This document shows, one piece after another, positions 11,243-25,377 of a DNA stretch of 64,000 nt. How positions within the stretch are numbered: position 1 is the first letter of the stretch; every line of letters begins with the position of its first letter. A program made the translations under genes and the position numbers. Source of the DNA: Balanoglossus misakiensis (taxonomy: Eukaryota > Animalia > Hemichordata); contig CM082587.2 in the NCBI GenBank assembly GCA_040954595.2, forward strand, positions 10,173,403-10,237,402. The letters run 5' to 3'. A model generated the notes under the pieces. That model was not told where the DNA came from. It made no database searches and worked only from the letters and a program-made list of their open reading frames with translations.

Positions 11243-11354
11243 ACATACATACATACATACATACATACATACATACATACATACATACATACATACATAC
11301 ATACATACATACATACATACATACATACATACATACATACATACATACATACAT
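11243..11354. repeat. (ACAT)n microsatellite
   Basis: Perfect tetranucleotide run. Confidence 0.97.
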
Positions 11355-11468
11355 GTTTCAATCGAGCACTTATCTTGTGGTGGGATTCAGTTGACGGTAA
11401 TAGAAGCGCGGTTTTCATGACATTAATAGTCTTTTGTACATGTCTTAAATGACCCTCTCGCCTGCATC

Positions 11469-11502
11469 AGAGAGAGAGAGAGAGTGAGGTGAGGGAGGGA
11501 GG

Positions 11503-11549
<47 letters not shown>

Positions 11550-11561
11550 AGAGAGAGAGAG
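11469..11561. repeat. (GA)n/(GGGA)n purine tract
   Basis: Seen directly. Confidence 0.95.
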
Positions 11562-13188
11562 TAGTCATTGTGATATTGTTGGTCAATGACTTCAGAATCA
11601 CGTGCTTAGTCACTGTGCTATTGGTCAATGACTTCAGGATCACGTGTTCGACAAGAAGAGGTTATGTCCTAAGGGGATTACGGGAGTTACCTTGAGATAA
11701 GTAATTACTACACAAAATGTATGTATGAATGACCACCACGGGCGACCTTCCTCTGCTTTTCTGCTGTGATGTGATCATTTCCGACTCTATATATCAGAGT
11801 CGTTGGGCTATTATGGTGGGTATACCCTTCCAATATCGAAAATACTGAAATCGCGTGTCTTTATTTAAGCACGCAAAGGTTAATAGGAAGATAAAAAAAA
11901 AGAAAAAAACACAGGTAAGGACAGGAAGAAAAAATAAATTGTTCATTGGAATCGCCGCTTCTACTTTGGCTGATTTGGAAAAAAAAAATTTGGATCTAGG
12001 CAAATATTCTACTTCCGCGTTCCAAAGTCTTAGTACTGGCGCTGGTGGCCAGAATATGTTGTGAAAATTAACACCAACTGTAAATGTAATGGCCTATGTT
12101 ATTGTTGGGAAATATAGTATTGAATTCAGTTACAAGTACATGTATCAGTGTTTTTGTCTGAGATATTTCCGGTAAAAAGGGAAACAATTATCTCGCCCTG
12201 TCTGCATCTATGCAAATATGCCAGAGAACCGCATTTACCTTCAGCCTAAAAAAAATATTCGCTCGCCGCTCCTGGAACTTGGTCCAAAAATCCGATGAAC
12301 AAGATTTTTATTCTCTCTGGCCTAATGCATGAAAATTATGAAAAAACTTTTTGTACCAACAGATGACCCCGAAATATGTAGTTTTCTTCGATTTTCAGGT
12401 AGAAAAACTACATCGCTGATGTAGATAAAATCATTGCAAGGCGATAGTGCAAAGATGGCAAAGCCAAAAATACTTGAAATTAATGGGTGATTTTCGTGTG
12501 TGGCGGAAACAGACTTCCGTTGTTCGTTTCAACGAAAAAAAGAAATGTTCCATTTAAAACTATGGTTGACTTTAGTAGCAGTACAGTTTCTATACATACT
12601 AAATGTTGAACTTTTCGTATTTTTAACCCGCACAGGTTTCATATGCCAACACTGTGATAGTTGTATTAACTGACAGTTCACCCGGGGCGGTGTATACGCC
12701 GTCACGATGAAACGTCACAATATCGATGCCTCACCATGTCTATTAAAGTCTCCTCTCGCCACCGTAATCGCTTAAATGACGCTACTTAGACAGCCGGTGC
12801 ATTTTCCCCCACAGGAAAATGAACCCTAATTTGCATGAATATCTGCGTATACAGGAAACTCGAAGGTATATTCAAGTCTCGAGAATTCCCTCCAGGAACA
12901 CCACGATGATCCACCAGCAGCCAGTTCAAAGCAGTCGCGCTTTGAAACCGGCCACACCCTCCATTTAAAATGAAGAAAGCCGTTGAGATTTTCGGAAATT
13001 CAAGGCTGGGAGAAGAACTGTCCCATTTGGTTGATTACTCTCACAAATGGTGATTACATCTCTTCCAGAGATGGACCAGTACCCTCGGGTCTGAATCGTG
13101 TGCACCTTCGAAACAAATTATTTTTTATCTCTCAGCCCTAAGCCGTTTCAATGCGCGCTCTCGGTAAATTTTACTTCACGTGATTATT

Positions 13189-13462
13189 AGGAACTGGTCA
13201 GAATTAACAGGGGGGGGGGGGGGCTGGTGCGATTGGGGGGAGGGTCACCATTTTTCATGCAACAGTTTGGGGGAGGGCCGCTGCATTTTGGGCATGAGTC
13301 AGGGGGAGGATCACTAATTTTTGTGCAAGGATGACACCGAAAATGTTTTGAGAACCCTTTATAATTCATTTTTTTTCCACCCACCCCCTTCATTCATCAA
13401 CACCTTTCAATCATTGACTGGTTTATCTAACGTCCCCCCCCTGTTAGTTCTGACCAGGCCCT
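13189..13462. mobile_element. MITE with ~28-bp TIRs
   Basis: Left end AGGAACTGGTCAGAATTAACAGGGGGGG; right end reverse-complemented AGGGCCTGGTCAGAACTAACAGGGGGGG; TTA/TTAA flanks. Confidence 0.75.
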
Positions 13463-15863
13463 TAAACACGTCAGCGGAGAAAATCACTTTTGCTCTTCAT
13501 CACTCGTCTGTATTAACCTCCAAATACATCCCGGCTCTAATTTGTTGTACACGTGCACACTCACTGACTTAACTTTACTGCGTCGAAACCGGCGAGTCTG
13601 GTTTCTGTAGAAACAGGGCACCTAGCTTATTGGCATTAACATGCAGTACTAGATGATCTTCGTATGCAAACTCGCCACTACTCCATGTTCTAGGACAAGT
13701 TATCCAAACGCTACCGATGTACACGTGCACACACTGGTGATTTCATGAAGATGGCATGTTGCTTCATTTGATGATTATTGTGATTGTATTACTGACCATA
13801 AACATTCAATAAATGTAAACTTTCATATATCTATTACATTAAGTTTTGAGAATGCTGAGACAAAACATTGAGACAACACATTGAAAATGGTGTCGACTAT
13901 AGAGTTGGAGGTATCCCTGTAATGCATGTAGGATTAAAGGGACAAAGTCTCTCCCTCGCTGCCCTTTTTTCATTAATTATATTTGATACAAGTCACCGTT
14001 TATGCTAACGTACATGTGGATATACATGTAAAGTGAATTAATGTTCAACAACACACAACTTCCATCCGACTTGTAGACTCGAGAATGAAAAAATCGCCAA
14101 AATGAATAACCGGTAGAAGTGACATTTTACCTGTTGATTTTCCGTCAACAAAAGTTTTACGCATGCGCTGTACGAATTTATGTAACTATAAAGTTGGTGA
14201 CAACGATTTCTATTGGCTAGCCGATGGTTGGTGACAGTGATTTCTATTGGTTCGATATCTTAGGAAGCGCATACGTAAAACACAACCTTGGAGACCAATC
14301 ATTTTAATCATATACCAACATATATATACATCGAATCTGTCACCAAAGCTTACGAATATTTTGAGGGAAGATTTTGTGGGAGCAATCAACAAGCCACTAA
14401 CTCAGGTATATCAGGCAACTGACTGTCCGAGAGACTTGTTCTCAATTGTGGTAAGTATATGTTCAACACTGCATGCGGACTTTGCTTGGCACGCAAATGT
14501 ATGCACACTAAAATGCATTTACGTACGTGTCAAATCAAAGCTGGAAAATTCGACGACGTTTCTCAGCATGGAATTGTCGCGCCCGGCGATGTGCACGGCG
14601 TCTCGTTATTTACCGCTGAAGTTGTGTTACAAAATACCAAATGTGACTGTAACTGTAAGAACTGAAACTGAACAGAGTCAAACATAATAGTAAAATGTTT
14701 AAGTTGGTGTTATGATATGTTTATGTTTGCACATAGTTTTGGCTACTTCCGTTGATATGTTTTACGCCTCTTCTAATGTATAGCGTGGCCGATTACGGAC
14801 ACCGGGTTGTTTATTCGTTACGGGTGTGGTGTGATTTTGGACGGGGGTGTGATGTGGCTGACAAATTTTACTTCAGAAATCATCAAAGTCAATTTTGTCT
14901 TATTTTTTTAAATCAATCTTTCTGGGTGTTATTCCAGATTTAATGACGCATTCATTATGAAGGCAGTTTGGTGTTATTGCTGCTTGGTTTTAATCATCAA
15001 CGGAGATCAGTTGATGGTATGGACGCGTGCAACTGGTACGGGCTATGAAACGACGTCCTCAAGATCCACTGTAATGACGACCAGCAGGAAACAGCGGGAT
15101 TTTACGAGCAGCGCGCCTTTGACAAAACTCTCTCGACAGACCCCCAGCAAGACGAAGACCGTGCCAATATCTCCACGAAGCACTACATCCCGGCCCAGCC
15201 TAACCTCAAATCTAGCGACGATCCATCCAACATTACAGTCGACAACGATTGAAGACTCCTCTTTCGACAACGTGAGACCTTTGGCAACAACCGCTCAACC
15301 AAAGTCTCAAGAAACGAACACCGTAACGACAACGTCGGGTCCCTTCTCACCGTCAACAGTAACAGGTTCCCGCCCGCCAGTGACGTCACGCCGCACAGCC
15401 GCGCCAACTCCACCTCCTGTGTATTACAACATAGATGCACAGTCATTGCAGTGCCGTTATCCAAGCACGGGATTTCGTATGGACTCGTGCCTCACGCCGA
15501 GCGGCCTTGTTTGCAACGGCATCGCCACCGTGAAGCTGAGAGACTATGAAAATACAATGTGTAGCTGTGAGCCTGAATGCTGAGTGCGGGAAGACTGTCA
15601 CGATTACATAGACAGATGCTTTGGTGACAGCAGACAGGTGCCTGACCCGGATGAAATATGGCTGCCAGAATATTGTATGCCCGCTACTGGTGGGAGGCAT
15701 GACGTCATGGCGACGCACACATGTCCCAGAGACTGGCCACACGAGAATGTCCGTCAGCGGTGTGAAACCGCCAGTGGTAAGACCAATCTTACTTGTGTCA
15801 CTCTTTGTCAGTTTGACCTTTTCGGTTCTACTTCGGAAAGCAGCCAGACGATCGCCATCCCTC

Positions 15864-15930
15864 TAGTCTAGTTTCTAGCCCTGTTTTGCCCGCTCAGCAA
15901 AGTGGAGAAATACGGCTGGATGCTAGACTA
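15864..15930. mobile_element. 67-bp micro-MITE with TAG...CTA termini and a 9-bp TSD (AcademH-like)
   Basis: TIR TAGTCTAG...CTAGACTA. CCATCCCTC is duplicated at 15855-15863 and 15931-15939. Confidence 0.8.
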
Positions 15931-16787
15931 CCATCCCTCGTGTAGGATGCAAATCGTGAGGTTGCCCTCACCGCGCTGAAATACTGACACCATGCATAAG
16001 TCAAAATTCGAAGGTACCTGTTGCGTTTGTCATTGCAAACAGGAACAGGAAAAATGTACAGATGAAGCCCGTTTATGATGACATTGGATTTTTAAAGTTA
16101 CACATATGCACTAATACCAAATTTATGCATTTCTTTTTTCTGTGTGTTTCAATTTCTGCCATGATTAGCCATGTTATTGAACAAAATTAATTGTCTATAT
16201 TTGAATCTGTGATGGAACTTCCTGAATCTCCCCAATAAAATTATTTGAATAAGAACGGGAGAGCTTCAAAGATTATCCAGATAAATTTTGCCTGGCGCCC
16301 CCGACTTCGACAATACAACGCCCATACTGTGGGGAGAAATAAGCCGAGGAACTATAGGTTGTTGCAAAATTGAAACACAAGGGTTTTGTAACACTAGTTT
16401 TTTTTTTTTTTGGGGGGGGGGAGTTCGACTCAGGGGCCTTGCCAACGACGTACGACCAAAATACAGAATTGTTTCTGGGCCGGCCTTTATTTAAAAAATG
16501 GTGCTGCGACGCGAATTTTTATTTTAATTTTTCCCCGTCAAGGGTGGAAGGAGGGTCAGTTTTATAGTTTTATCAATATTGTCACATGTATACTGTTCAT
16601 GCAGTCACTGATCACGCGCTCCAACGACGGTGTCCAGTGATTTATATCTAGCTGAAGCAGTTCGAGTTAGTCGTGGTCGCCACCACAAAACAGGAAAAAA
16701 AACGGGTGACGCGCTGTTATTCAAGTGACGCGCGTGTGTTTAACGCAATAAACCTGCGGCCGTATCTTGAGAAATCATTCCCCACAA

Positions 16788-16868
16788 AATCTCGTAATTA
16801 CGAGATTCTCATAATTACGTGATTAAAAACTTGTAATTACGAGAATAAAAACTCGTAATTACGAGATT
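16788..16868. repeat. Four tandem palindromic CTCGTAATTACGAG-type units
   Basis: Seen directly; probably a MITE remnant in the GPCR intron. Confidence 0.7.
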
Positions 16869-19800
16869 TTTATTTTTATTTTATTTTTTAGAAATTGGCC
16901 CCAATAAGCTTCTGTACGTTTTCATTACAGATGCGTCCGTTTTTGATATTACTCCAGTGATTGACTCTGTCGGTGAAATGGTGTACCAAAATATCAACTG
17001 CGCTATTTGTAATGGTGTGAATGAATCGAGCCTGCACTTTTCGTCGTTAGAGTGGGAATGCCCGAGAGATATGCCAATGGAAATTTTGTCGACTAATATT
17101 TCCTCTATCGTCTCCTTCTTGATGTCATCAGAACTTTGTTCAATGAGGCAGTTTATCGAGGGCGATCTCCGGCATGGTGTAACTGAATGTTTCAGGCCCA
17201 TTGACACCTGCCCTGCTGATTTCCCCAACGACACGATTGTTGAGCTGTGTCACCGTTATTCAGCAGTAGTTGGGGTATTCGTAGTATTAAGCGGGAGAGC
17301 TAGGGGATTTATGTATTACAAGAACATTCATTGTGCAATATGCAATGACGTTGCAATCAATCCTTCTTATGTAACATGCGGTTTACCGCCGCTTGAGTGG
17401 ATAGTCTATCCCCGATTTCCCGCCTTTGATATATTGTTTGACTTCAACGCACAGGGAGAACATCGACTGCATACTATGGATATCATTAGAATTCAAGAGC
17501 AATGGAGCTGCGAACATGGCCGAATTTTGGATATGTTACAAGGAAAATGTATTTTGAGACACGTCTTTGATTACGACAATTTTGACATAACGAAATTGAA
17601 AATGAATCCTTTATCAGAACGGCCAGAGCTGAATGACTTCTTTGTAGCGTCAGCTCACGGGAGACATCCCGCCATTTTGTTACCTTTCCGCGTTTCTTTG
17701 CCATCGGTGGAAGTGGACGGGTGCGATTTCATCAACCTCGAAGAAACCGTGACGTCACTGATACGAAATCTGTCCGTTATTTACACACATAACATTTCCA
17801 ACTCGCATTACCATTGTGACAGAGCGGAGGATTTTGGTGATTTACTTGTCACTTTGTCCGTTCTTGTTCGCGTGGAGTCCAATTTCACCGGTGATTTTCT
17901 CCCAGCAGCCTGTGCGGCAACCTGGTCTCAAGTCGGCTCAGAATTGCTGATGGCGGGCTTTGTCGTCAGGTCGGTCACTTTTGAAATGTTGAACCCCGTC
18001 TGTGGTAACAGAATCGAACAAGTCACATTTGAGAGTCACAAATTTGAGTACACCAACGTGACTGTAAATGAAAACCTAATGGCAAAAGTAACATGGAATT
18101 ACAGCTCCCAATTATTTGTGTCTAAAACAAGTCATTACACGCATAAAAGTCCAGCCTCACCAGATATACAACTAATGGTCACAATGTGCAAATCTCCGAA
18201 CAGAAACGTTGATGATTTTATAACGAGTTGTACAGGAGTGATTTTGAGATTTTCTGAAGGCACCTTCCGTGTAAGCGACGACGTTCTTTCAGTTGAATCA
18301 TCGGTTTATCCAAAGGTAAAGTTTGTTCTATCGAAAGACCGTTCCCAAGCCTTCGTGTGTCAGTCCAAGAAAAGAATGACTACGTTTTGGAACCAGAAGT
18401 CAAAAACAAGACTGAAACAGCTGTTAACTCTTGTTGGTTGTATTCTGTCCATAGTCTGTCTTTCGATCACTGCCATCACGATCTCTGTTTTCAAACAGAT
18501 GAGAACTCGTCCAGGAAAGATTATACTAAATTTGGCCGTAGCTCTTTTGATCGCGCAGGTTTTGTTTATCACGGTCTTGGACTGGACAACGTTTGCTTGG
18601 CTGTGCAAAACAGCTGCTATTGTATCGCACTACATTTGGCTGGCGGCATTCTGTTGGATGAGCGTCATGGCATTTGACATCGTGCACATGCGCACACAAC
18701 TGACCCGCGCCGATTTGGGGAATGGCAACATATTTGTGTACTACTGTCTGTACGCCTGGTTGCTACCATTCGTTTTCTTTGGAGTCTGTGTAGTGATCTA
18801 TCATACTGCTCCGTATGGTTTCCGAGTTGGTTACAGTGAGGGTCCTGTATGTTGGATCGGTCGGCTGACGCCTTTGATTGTCACGTTCCTCGGCCCTGTT
18901 CGCCTGATTGTTCTTTTCAATGTCGTTTGCTTAATATACACCGTGTTCTCCATGTTAGCATCGGAGAGAGAAATGAAAAGGCACCGACACACGTCGTACA
19001 CGGCTCAACATGTAATCTTTTCTATCAAGATGTCTACCGTTATGGGGTTGACGTGGATTATTGGATTTGTGGATGGCTTTTATCAGGCCGATGTTTTGGA
19101 TTACATTTTCATTGTTGCCAATACCTTGCAGGGTGTTTCATTTTCGGGGCGTTTCTGCTACGCATGAAAACAGTCGGGCTGTACCGTGGCCTGTGTTGTA
19201 AGACCGAAGGTCATGTTTAAGATCATGTTTAAGAAATGGAAGTTCAAAACATAAAGTGATACTGGGTCATTCTGAAACTTTGTAACAGAAAAATAACAAA
19301 ATGTGAAGACAATCATTTTTGACCAAAGAAAGTCACGAAATATAGCAAACGTATCATTTCTTCTATCTCTTACTGTAGTGAGTTATCTACTTTTACCCAG
19401 AATGCAATTATTATCATGTGATTTGACCCCCTAGCATAAAGTGAAAACCTATTTATATTAGGCCTATTTAAGGCAGTCAGAATTGCAATGCCCACTCTTT
19501 TGCCTCTCATCAAACGATTGTAATTCGAGTATGGTGCATACTCGTGGCTAATATAAATCAAAGCGACCATTTCATCGATTTTTGCGGTGTTTTGATGAAC
19601 TGTGAGCAGTCATCACATGGCCTGATCGTGAATTATACCCTCTGTGTGTATGTCCACAAACAGGTAATACGTCCCCAAAGAAAAAATATGTTTTGAAGGG
19701 TATTGACCTGTCATCAATCAAAACGAAGCTTTGGGTGAGAAAAATGTTCTAAGTATTAAAAAGTACCACCTTTGCGGAATGACAATTTACAACTGCTTGG

Positions 19801-20234
19801 ATGGACCAACACAACAGGAAGGTGCTGTAGGCCTATTTATTTGACACTCTACAAAGTGTCGCCATTTATTTTCAGTGGTGGCTAACAGATATTCATTAAT
19901 CTATAGAATAAAGTTTACACAACAAGCCACAATTATATTACTGTAATGTATTTCTAAGTTGTAAAACATCTTATTTGTTTAAAATACCTGACTTTTATCC
20001 AGAAGATGTATAAAATGTTGGGTCAGACTTTAAAAAAAATGACAAATAGTAGATACCCAAAGAAATGTTATGAAATGTCATACCATATTGATAGATCAAG
20101 AACAAAACCTACATGAATACATCATATTAAAAATACTAGTATTCGTTTTTTTTTTGCTATTTTGTCCATTGTATGAGGAGGAGGGGTCAAAGCTAATTCC
20201 TCTAAAATTCCGTATTAACCCTACACGGGAAAAA

Positions 20235-23200
20235 TAGTCCATGGGCCAGAGACCGAAACCCTCCCCCCCCCCCCTGAGGATTTTTGCAGACATATATTTT
20301 TGGAAAGCCTATTTATCCAGCTGTCAGAATCAGTTGTTTGCACTCATATTAATGGTGGGTGTGGCCGTGAGGAGCGGTTGTCATGGTAACGATAGCATAA
20401 TTTTAGGGGTACTCATACAGTTAAAAAATGATATATTTCAGGATCTGAGAAAGCTAGAGAAAAAATTTAAACATTGGGTCTTATAAAGTAGGGGACGGGC
20501 TATCCAATGATTACATGACCGACAAGGTCAGAGGTCAAGTTCATCTTCAAAACGCGAGGTCAAAGTAAAAATTTCGCTATTTTTTGCACATCGATCATAC
20601 ATAGTTTCGATTTACTGGAAAACGGTTTGCTCGAGGAGGCTGTAAATTGGTCATCAGGTAGCATGGAACATTAGGTTTATGAAAAATAAGCTGATTCACG
20701 TCTTTGATATTAAGTTATATTAAAATTCTGTTACCATAACGACGGATAGCAGATTTTGCGAAAATCACAAAAATAAGAATCCTGCTATATCTTTGCTACC
20801 AATTAAGCTTTAGATAAAATTTAAACACTCAAACTTATAATGTCGGGTGCGATCTTTTCATTGCTAACTTGAACTTTGGGGTTCAAGGTCAAGGTCATCC
20901 TCAAATTTCAGGTCAAAGTGACAAAATGGACATTATGGATTTTTGTTCAAAATGACATTTTACGGCGAGCGTTTACTAAACACTGTTTGGGTCTAGAATG
21001 CTATAATTTAATCTCCAGATAGAGATGTGTATTGTTTACAAAGATTTTAATTTGTTTTGCTGTTTACATATACTTAATATGCAAAACCTGCTGTTTTAAT
21101 GACAACAAAATGAATGGTAGGAATAGCAAGAGTACTCATACAGTTAAAATGAGATATTTCAGGTTCTGAGAAAGCTAGAGAAAAAATTTAAACATTCAGT
21201 ATTATGAAGTAGGGTACGGGCTATCCAATTATTACAAGACCGACAAGGTCAGAGGTCAAGTTCATCTTCAAAACTTGGGGTCAAAGTGAAAATTTTGCTA
21301 TTTTTTGCATATCGGTCATACATAGTTTTGATTTACTGGAAAACGGTTTGCTCGAGGAGGCTGTAAATTGGTCATCAGGTAGCAAGGAATATTAGCTTTA
21401 AGAAAAATAGGCCTATTTTCGTCTTTGGTTGTAATTTATATTAAAATTCTGTAACCATAACGACGGATAGAAGATTTTGCGAAATTCCCCAAAATAAGAA
21501 ACTTGCTATATCTTTGCTACCAATTAAGCTTTAGATAAAATTTAAACACTCAAACTTGTATTGTCGGATGCGAGCTTTTGATTGCTAAATTGAACTTTGG
21601 GGTTCAAGGTCAAGGTCATCCTCAAATTTCAGGTCAAAGTGACAAAATGGGCATTATGGACTTTGTTCAAAATGACATTTTACGGCGAGCGTTTACTACA
21701 CTGTTGGGATCTAGAATGCTATAATTTTGTATATTTTGATATTAATATTCAAATAAGATGCCACTTTGATTTCTGGATATTATTATATAAAAAAACGCGA
21801 CCGTGGGAGTGCGAGTCATGCTGATTTATGCGTTATCCCATGATGCCACTGTAGCAATAGTCCAGACAAACCGATCGAATATCTGTGTTTTAGGCACAGA
21901 GATTTTTTGGAAATTGTGCGTAAAGCACTTAAGACACATTATATACTCAAAAGCAATGTTTTTAAATCACAATCATTCATAATCATACAAAATGAATGCT
22001 ACGTTTTTAAAAAAAAAACGTTTGCTCATGTGGAAATGTTTTCCGGTTGTTTGTCATTGCATGGCCTCCATCTTGCTGATGAAACGTCCAGCGCTATAGG
22101 TTCTGCAACTTTTTATCATGGTGTAAAGGTAGGGAACACAGTCAATGCCTGAGATGGATTGTGATCTTTTGACTTCCCAGCCTGCTAATGAACTTTTGGA
22201 AATAGTTCACAATTTTGTGGAACACATCATTGAACATCATTTCCCGCTTATGGCTGAGTTCAGACAAGAGAGGAGTAACTTTTAACTTTTGGTATGACTT
22301 TGTGTAGAGTATTGCTGCCATTACAACTCTACCCACCGGTGGAAATGTAAGTGCATTAAGAAATGGTGATTGAGATATTTGCCAAACTGCTAAGAATCAG
22401 CTATTATTACCTCTGTTGTTTTGTGCCAATCGAAACGGACTATGCAAGATACATGTCAGTACTTATTCTGGTGATGCATGGAATACCCAAAAGTGTACAA
22501 GAGTCATTAAATGAGGAGGATTCATGGCAAACTTATCTGACGATTCACTAAAGGGTGCTGGTGGTGTTATAGGATTAAAGATGAGAGGTTTAGCACTTGA
22601 AAAGTGGTTTTGGGTGGACCGATTACTGCAAAGTTCTCTGATACATTTCACAAATAAATATGCAGTATTGGTAAACAAAATAAGATCCGATATGGAAAAG
22701 CAGTCAAAAGATATGGCTGGGGTTTTTTTCTGAGCAAATAATTATACAAGAAGAACCTGACAAACCGTGTAAGTGCTTCTATCATAGTATGACTTGCGGC
22801 AATGTAAAAACATGACAAAAATGAAGAAGACGGTTTATCTTTGATTACCTGCTGTTAATACAAGTTAGAAGATGCCACTCATTGGAGTCATTGAAAATTC
22901 CAACGTTCCTCTCTGTTTGTTTTCAGATGATGGACTTAAAATTCATTTCCAGGAGACAGATAGACTAGACTTGAGGCTGCCGATGCCATAGTTTATGATG
23001 ACCATTCAGTCTCTGTCTGGTCCTAATCTTGTAGACAGAATCACTTTTATCGATATAGCAATAGGATTTATGGAATACATAATGTAGAATAGAGGCCGAA
23101 TTTTAGGTCCTGTTGATAATTCGCAAATACACATGATCATTGATAATTATGATGCCAAACGGATCAAAGGATCAAAGGCCAAACACGTGATGTGAGTGTT

Positions 23201-25377
23201 GCACCAGCACATCATATAATACTTGATCTAGTTGCTCCGACAAAATGGACGGCATTCTTGCTTACCACTAGTCTGAAAACAAAGCAAATTTTGCAAAATG
23301 CTACACATTATGAAAAAAGTAGATCTCAACATTGGTCAAAAATGAATTGTAAGTGGAGGACCAAACTTCACCACTTTTGTTGTCGCAAAAGATACAGTGA
23401 AGAAGCAGATACGCGAATTGTTCTTAGTTCTACACGCAATTGCAGCGTCTGATAGAGGGGCAAGATGACTCCTTACGTCAACTTGTCATATCAACAGAAA
23501 TCATCTTGATAAGAATGTGCTAAATATGATAAAACTTTGTACATATTTAAACTGAAATACCATAGAATGGCCACAATATAAGTTGAATATAGTATTTTTA
23601 CAGTAAAAGCATGCTGATAATGTATGTCCCTTTATAGCAATTGCAAATGCACGTTCGCATATTTCAAGAAATATACCAATTTTACTAAATCTTGAATTCA
23701 TCAGCTCGCCATGGGAATTGAAAATGTCATCAAGCATTTTCAAACTCTCAGAACTTAACTTTAAAATGGTGTATGACACAAAATGTTGTATGGCCAAGTC
23801 AGAGAGTTCGTTTTTTCTGGGGAGATCTGCAACACTAATTAGAGTTGGGATATTGAATTTTGACCCCATCTTTTGAAGGTGACCCTGAACTTTAAATTTA
23901 AAATATCAAAATATACAATATTATAGCATTCTAGATCCCAACAGTGTAGTAAACGCTCGCCGTAAAATGTCATTTTGAACCGAAATTTGAGGATGACCTT
24001 GACCTTGAACCCCAAAGTTCAATTTAGCAATCAAAAGCTCGCATCCGACAATACAAGTTTGAGTGTTTAAATTTTATCTAAAGCTTAATTGGTAGCAAAG
24101 ATATAGCAAGTTTCTTATTTTGGGGAATTTCGCAAAATCTTCTATCCGTCGTTATGGTTACAGAATTTTAATATAAATTACAACCAAAGACGAAAATAGG
24201 CCTATTTTTCTTAAAGCTAATATTCCTTGCTACCTGATGACCAATTTACAGCCTCCTCGAGCAAACCGTTTTCCAGTAAATCAAAACTATGTATGACCGA
24301 TATGCAAAAAATAGCGAAATGTTCACTTTGACCCCGCGTTTTGAAGATGAACTTGACCTCTGACCTTGTCGGTCGTGTAATAATTGGATAGCCCGTACCC
24401 TACTTTATAATACTGAATGTTTAAATTTTTTCTCTAGCTCTCTCAGAACCTGAAATATCTCATTTTAACTGTATGAGTACTCTTGCTATTCCTACCATTC
24501 ATTTTGTTGTCATTAAAACAGCAGGTTTTGCATATTAAGTATATGTAAACAGCAAAACAAATTAAAATCTTTGTAAACAATACACATCTCTATCTGGAGA
24601 TCAAATTATAGCATTCTAGAACCAAACAGTGTTTAGTAAACGCTCGCCGTAAAATGTCATTTTGAACAAAAATCCATAATGTCCATTTTGTCACTTTGAC
24701 CTGAAATTTGAGGATGACCTTGACCTTGAACCCCAAAGTTCAAGTTAGCAATGAAAAGATCGCACCCGACATTATAAGTTTGAGTGTTTAAATTTTATCT
24801 AAAGCTTAATTGGTAGCAAAGATATAGCAGGATTCTTATTTTTGTGATTTTCGCAAAATCTGCTATCCGTCGTTATGGTAACAGAATTTTAATATAACTT
24901 AATATCAAAGACGTGAATCAGCTTATTTTTCATAAACCTAATGTTCCATGCTACCTGATGACCAATTTACAGCCTCCTCGAGCAAACCGTTTTCCAGTAA
25001 ATCGAAACTATGTATGATCGATGTGCAAAAAATAGCGAAATTTTTACTTTGACCTCGCGTTTTGAAGATGAACTTGACCTCTGACCTTGTCGGTCATGTA
25101 ATCATTGGATAGCCCGTCCCCTACTTTATAAGACCCAATGTTTAATTTTTTTCTCTAGCTTTCTCAGATCCTGAAATATATCATTTTTTAACTGTATGAG
25201 TACCCCTCAAATTATGCTATCGTTACCATGACAACCGCTCCTCACGGCCACACCCACCATTAATATGAGTGCAAACAACCTGATTCTGACAGCTGGATAA
25301 ATAGGCTTTCCAAAAATATATGTCTGCAAAAATCCTCAGGGGGGGGGGGAGGGTTTCGGTCTCTGGCCCATGGACTA
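20235..25377 (+). mobile_element. Non-autonomous Academ(X)-type DNA transposon, copy 1, with ~1.5-kb TIRs and a decayed transposase core
   Basis: Termini TAGTCCATGGGCC...GGCCCATGGACTA and a 3-bp TSD AAA. TIRs at about 20235-21743 and 23900-25377, each with two ~720-bp subrepeats. Broken peptides TDYARYMSV, KGAGGVIGL..ALEKWF, IDNYD..IK and EEADTRIVL resemble Academ transposase/XPG-like motifs. Confidence 0.85.

Larger units (their letters stand above)
14957..19220 (+). pseudogene. Family-B-type (7tm_2, adhesion/Methuselah-like) GPCR with signal peptide, Ser/Thr mucin stalk, somatomedin-B-like domain and two YxNxxCAxCN Cys repeats. Exons 14957-15776 and 16931-19220
   Basis: Phase-1 intron G|GTAAGA...TTACAG| joins the frames. 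7TM motifs GCILSIVCL, HYIWLAAFCWMSVMAFD, YAWLLP, CWI, MGLTWI and NTLQG. In-frame TGA at 15581-15583 and a 1-nt frameshift near 19137 in TM7. Confidence 0.85.

Noticed and set aside
15581-15583. In-frame TGA as selenocysteine or readthrough
   Set aside because: It is not at a conserved Cys position, no SECIS was recognised, and the gene has an independent frameshift.
20241-23869. Short ORFs duplicated at 52700-57847
   Set aside because: They are TIR sequence or fragments of the decayed Academ transposase, not independent genes.
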